Source: Candidatus Krumholzibacteriia bacterium (GTDB lineage: Bacteria; Krumholzibacteriota; Krumholzibacteriia; JAJRXK01). From it: 64,000 bases of DNA. How positions within the stretch are numbered: position 1 is the first letter of the stretch; each line of letters opens with the position of its first letter. Positions 60,363 through 64,000 of this stretch are shown one piece after another. The stretch is from contig JBGPIA010000001.1 in the NCBI GenBank assembly GCA_041484665.1, positions 608,001 to 672,000 of the forward strand, given 5' to 3'. The notes under the pieces are model-generated. The model worked only from the letters and a program-made list of their open reading frames with translations. It ran no database searches and was not told the origin of the DNA. A program made the position numbers and the translations under genes.

Positions 60363-61472
60363 GTGAAGCTGCCGCGCTTTGCACGCTGGGTCGGGCGCCC
60401 CGAGATCGGAGCCTTGGTGGCTAGCCTAGCGGCCACCGCCGTGATCCTCGCGCTTCACTATCGCACGCCACCCGGCGCTTTCGACGTGCACAACCTCCTG
60501 CGCAGGCTTTTCTATGTGCCGGTCGTCACGGCTGGAATCGTCGCAGGAGTGCGAGGAGGCTTGCTCACCGCTGTCGTCGCGAGCGTTGCCTACCTGCCGC
60601 ACCTGCTGCAACTCGCGCGCGCCGGCCAGCCGCCGCTGGATCACGCCCTCGAGCTGATCCTGCTGCTGGTGATCGGCGGCCTGGTGGGAGGATTCGCCGA
60701 CGCCAGCAGACGTGCCCGCGCAGCGGCCGCGGAGCGCGGGCGCCTGGCCGCGCTGGGGGAGGTCGGTGTGGGCTTCATCGCCCAGGTGGAAGGGCCGCTC
60801 GCGGCGGTCGAGGGGCAGGTCGAGACGCTGAGCTTCTTGGCCGACCGCGACGCGAATCTCGCCATGCGGACGTCTGTGGAGATGATCCGAGGCGAGGTCC
60901 GTCGGGCTCGGCGTTTCCTGCTTGATTTGCGCGACCTGGCGCGGAGAACAGAGGGGCGGGTGGGGACGGTGAATCTCTCCGCCCTCCTGGGGGGGATCGT
61001 CGAGGACCTGGCTGCCGATCCACACTCCCCGTTGGACGCCGGCCTGCCGGTCCGACTGGCCACCCTGCCGAGCCAAGCCCTGATCCGGGGCAGTCGGGCC
61101 ACGCTAGCCTATTCGCTCCGGGCCCTGCTGCAGGGCCTGCTCTCCTTCCTTCCCCGGTCCGGCCATCTCGCCATCGCCCTGGTCGCGGACGCTCACACGG
61201 TCATCATGACGCTCACCGCCGACGGGGGACGAAGTTCGCTGCCGGACCTCCGCGACGCGCTCGGCACCGCCTTCGGGCCCGCACCGAGCGATTACAAGTT
61301 CAAACAAGCATTGTGCTTGCACCTGCTCGCGGCCGAGGGCGTGCAGATTGGCGTCCTCCGCCCGTCCAGCACGGTCGCGGTCGTCACACTTCGGTTCCAC
61401 TCAGAGCTACGCCTCGCAACGACGCTCGTCCATCGGCAGGAGCCAGGTCGGCGGCGACTTGAGCGGACGTAA
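60363..61472 (+). CDS. Degenerate sensor-histidine-kinase-like membrane protein (pseudokinase)
   Basis: HNLLRRLFYVPV..AG...G.RGGL...YLPH membrane sensor domain; H-box region reads LAALGEVGVGFIAQVEGPL without His; no N/G boxes. Confidence 0.7.
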   Translation: MKLPRFARWVGRPEIGALVASLAATAVILALHYRTPPGAFDVHNLLRRLFYVPVVTAGIVAGVRGGLLTAVVASVAYLPHLLQLARAGQPPLDHALELILLLVIGGLVGGFADASRRARAAAAERGRLAALGEVGVGFIAQVEGPLAAVEGQVETLSFLADRDANLAMRTSVEMIRGEVRRARRFLLDLRDLARRTEGRVGTVNLSALLGGIVEDLAADPHSPLDAGLPVRLATLPSQALIRGSRATLAYSLRALLQGLLSFLPRSGHLAIALVADAHTVIMTLTADGGRSSLPDLRDALGTAFGPAPSDYKFKQALCLHLLAAEGVQIGVLRPSSTVAVVTLRFHSELRLATTLVHRQEPGRRRLERT

Positions 61473-61529
61473 CTCGGCAGGACCAGCCAGCTCGCTGGCA
61501 TCCCGGGGTCGGTCCGCTTCTCCAGTGGG

Positions 61530-61858
61530 GCGTCGAGCCATCCGAGATAGGCCATCAGCCGGTCGAGCCACCGGTCGCACGGATCGGTGTCCATCGAGGG
61601 CACGAGCGGCTCGTCGCGCGATGAAATAGCGGACACCTTTGGGTCCGCAGACGACGTTCCCGCCATGGGCTGCGCCTCAGAACGCCCTGAGGAGAAAGCG
61701 GACAGGTTTGGGTCCGCACCCGCGAACTGCAGCGGCGGTAGGGTGGGCGGCGGCGTCCAACCCAGCCGCCGGAGGGTCTTGCGAACGGCCTTCTCGCTGA
61801 CGCCCGGTTGGACGGCGATCTGGCGGTTGGACAGTCCGCGTGCCTCGCAACGGCTCAC
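61530..61858 (-). mobile_element. Probable transposase fragment (HTH region)
   Basis: GLSNRQIA...GVSEKAVRKTLRRLGW HTH, ADPNLSA/ADPKVSA repeat, DPCDRWLDRL; abruptly joined to the desaturase; family assignment from memory, not searched. Confidence 0.5.
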
Positions 61859-61859
61859 C

Positions 61860-62337
61860 TGGTGCCGGCGAGCTCAGCAGCGCCAACGGCACGTACGGCG
61901 CGCTCCTGTAGATGACGACTTCCATCCAGTGGAAGCGCAGGTTGCCCGCCCAGTCGAGCACCTCGATGCTGTGGTGCACCTGGTGGAAGCGCCACAGCCA
62001 GGGCACGCGGTGCAGCAGGTTATGCACGCTCCACTGGATGAGATCGAGCACGATCAGCGCGACCAGGAACTGCATCAGCGGCGGCCAGCCCGACACCAGG
62101 CCGCGCTGCAGCGCCTGCTGGGCCTGGCTCAGCCCCGAGACGCTGGGCGGACCCAGCGGGGACCCGGGAACGCTGCAGCGCCCCAGCAGCACGCCCAGAG
62201 AAGTACCCGTTGAGCGCAACGTAGGCCAGGTCCAGCAGCCAGGCGCGGCGCAGCACGGGCTGCGGGTTCCAGGGGCGCAGGCGCTCCAGCGCCACGAACA
62301 GGGCGCAGAGGATCAGCAGCCAGTGGACGTATTGCAT
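61860..62337 (-). pseudogene. Sterol desaturase/fatty-acid hydroxylase pseudogene (frameshifted, 3'-truncated)
   Basis: LERLRPW...DLAY..NGYF in one frame; LGVLLG...HNLLH..PWLWRFHQVHHS...RFHW in another (shift near 62199); third His box missing. Confidence 0.8.
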
Positions 62338-62629
62338 GGCATCCGTCGGCGCAGGGTACCACGGCGTGCACGGCAGGGCACACGTCGGGCGCCGGCGGCG
62401 GGACGGGAGCCGCGTGCGCCCACGCCGGCGCGGTGTCGGCCTGGCCGCCGCGCCCACCGCGGCGCATGGCATACATCACAGAATCAGAGGCGCGTCGCAC
62501 ATGTTCGCCGATCTACCGTGAACGGCGAGCTGCTGCACATGCAGCACCCCGACGGCCGTGGGTGCTCGACTTCACACAGCCGTCGGCGGCGTCGATCCTA
62601 CAAGTGCAGTGCTGGCAAGATGATGTTGC

Positions 62630-62646
62630 CTGGCACGAGCGCTGCA
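62630..62646 (+). promoter_or_regulatory. Candidate sigma54 (-24/-12) promoter
   Basis: CTGGCACGAGCGCTGCA has GG-N10-GC and one mismatch to YTGGCACG-N4-TTGCW; about 80 nt upstream of ATG 62728. Confidence 0.55.
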
Positions 62647-62727
62647 GCCGAGATCCGCGTCCGCGGCGACTGTTGCTACGGAAGCGCGCCGGAAAACATC
62701 ACACGGGAAAAGTAGGGAGGGGAGCCC

Positions 62728-63255
62728 ATGCGTCGAGTCGAACTGTGGGCCGCGATCGTCCTTCTCCAAGCCGCTGCCCTCGCGGCCGGGTGCGGAGGCG
62801 ATGATGGAGTGAACGCGGGACAAACCGCTGCTTCACCGGGCCAGGTGCTGCATCAGTCACTCGAGAGTCGCGAGGTGGCCCACCACCAGGCAGCGGTCCA
62901 GGCCACGGACCCGCTCGTTCTCCGCACCGAGACCGCGCGCTACGCCGCGGACATGGACTCCGTCATAAACGGCGTCATGATGGCGACGTGTGGGCAGACG
63001 GGCAGCTCCGGGATGATGGGGATGATGGTCGGCGAAATGGATTCGATGCACGTCGTGATGGGCGAGATAAGAGATTCCGTCCACACGCACCGCGCTCGCA
63101 TGGACACTCTCTCTACGCTCGTCGGGATGCGCGAGGAATGTGAGCAGCACTACGGGGCGATGATGCAGATGATGGATCGGATCGACGGCCATATGCCAGG
63201 CGGTGGAGACCAAGAACCCCCGCCGGATGACGGGCACGGACGCCACCATCCGTAG
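62728..63255 (+). CDS. Met/His-rich lipoprotein (putative Cu/Ag-binding)
   Basis: GGGAGG SD, lipobox LAAGC, GMMGMMVGEMDSMH, AMMQMMD, C-terminal HGRHHP. Confidence 0.75.
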   Translation: MRRVELWAAIVLLQAAALAAGCGGDDGVNAGQTAASPGQVLHQSLESREVAHHQAAVQATDPLVLRTETARYAADMDSVINGVMMATCGQTGSSGMMGMMVGEMDSMHVVMGEIRDSVHTHRARMDTLSTLVGMREECEQHYGAMMQMMDRIDGHMPGGGDQEPPPDDGHGRHHP

Positions 63256-63336
63256 GCGATCGGGCTCATCGCCGCGGAGGAATCGACAGGGCGGTGCGCG
63301 CCCCGGTGCACTGCCACCGGCTGTCAGGAGAATGCC

Positions 63337-63834
63337 ATGAAGTGCCCAACCTGTGGCCGCGAGATTGGCCGGACCAACCGCTTCTGCGCCGGGTGCGGCG
63401 CGCCCGTCTCGTCGCGCACGCTCACCGCCCGTCCAAACCACCGCATGTTGGCCGGCATTGGCGCGTTCCTGTTCCTTGCGGTCGGATTCGGGCTCGCGCA
63501 GCTCCGCGGGAGCTCTGCGGCACACCCGCCGTGGAACGGCGCGGCACCCGCGCGCTTGCCGGCCCAGGCGCGGCCGGTCGATTCGACGGTCTTGGCGATC
63601 GCCGAACAATTCGACTGTCCTTGCGGCACTTGCCGCGACCCCCTGGCGACGTGCGCATGTGAGCAGCAGAACGGCGCGGTCGAGGTCAAGCAGTTCATCG
63701 CCCACAAGCTCGCCGAGGGCCACCCGAAATCCCACATCGTTGAGCTGGTTAACCAGAAGTACGGCGGTCTGAAGGAGGCGGGGAGTCGCGCCGCGATTCC
63801 TGAGCGGATTCTTTGCATTGGGGGTAAGACATGA
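63337..63834 (+). CDS. Zinc-ribbon + TM + CcmH/NrfF-like Cys-rich domain protein
   Basis: CPTC...FCAGCG, one TM, IAEQFDCPCGTC..LATCAC...I..KLAEG.....IVE....KYG. Confidence 0.7.
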   Translation: MKCPTCGREIGRTNRFCAGCGAPVSSRTLTARPNHRMLAGIGAFLFLAVGFGLAQLRGSSAAHPPWNGAAPARLPAQARPVDSTVLAIAEQFDCPCGTCRDPLATCACEQQNGAVEVKQFIAHKLAEGHPKSHIVELVNQKYGGLKEAGSRAAIPERILCIGGKT

Positions 63835-64000
63835 AGAATGCGGTTGTTGGTGCCACTCTCGCGGCCGCCGTCGGTCGCCGCCCTCTCCGCCAAGTCGAGG
63901 GCCGGCCGTACCACGGTGTCCCTCGGGGAGCCCTCGTGCTTTCGCTGATGCTCTGGATGGCACTGCATGATACGCCGCGCGTGCTGGCTGCCAGCGCGTA
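63831..64000 (+). CDS. Start of an exported protein, truncated by the window end
   Basis: ATGA overlap with the previous stop; frame open to the end with a signal-like hydrophobic stretch. Confidence 0.55.
   Translation, partial: MKNAVVGATLAAAVGRRPLRQVEGRPYHGVPRGALVLSLMLWMALHDTPRVLAASA

Overview
High-GC bacterial chromosomal window. Several secreted proteins end in FlgD-Ig/T9SS-like C-terminal domains, which suggests an FCB-related candidate phylum such as Eisenbacteria or Krumholzibacteriota (inference only). Housekeeping and catabolic genes include an M2 peptidase, nrtR-nadA, an M16 peptidase, an NSS transporter, rpiB-tal, a PLD, puuD flanked by two cupredoxin-like lipoproteins, a MacAB-like ABC exporter, sdhCAB, an S8 protease, amidohydrolases, a GDPD, an MFS-cNMP fusion, an ADP-forming acyl-CoA ligase, a substrate-binding protein plus hybrid kinase, and a redoxin. 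Two systems stand out. (1) A rhodanese domain is split by an in-frame TGA at the second Cys position (YCGGPT-TGA). The TGA is followed by a SECIS-like hairpin and the frame continues into a 2-TM K+-channel domain, giving a probable selenocysteine-containing rhodanese-gated ion channel (16369-17634). (2) A TPR-CHAT protease, an ECF sigma and a zinc-finger anti-sigma are followed by two paralogous fibre-like proteins and an adaptor. A GTGA-N16-GTCTCYCT motif occurs three times, upstream of the sigma gene and of both fibre genes. The last ~4 kb is a decaying accessory region with a pseudo-histidine kinase, a transposase remnant, a broken desaturase and a sigma54-type promoter ahead of Met/His/Cys-rich genes. 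I recognised no rRNA, tRNA or CRISPR array.
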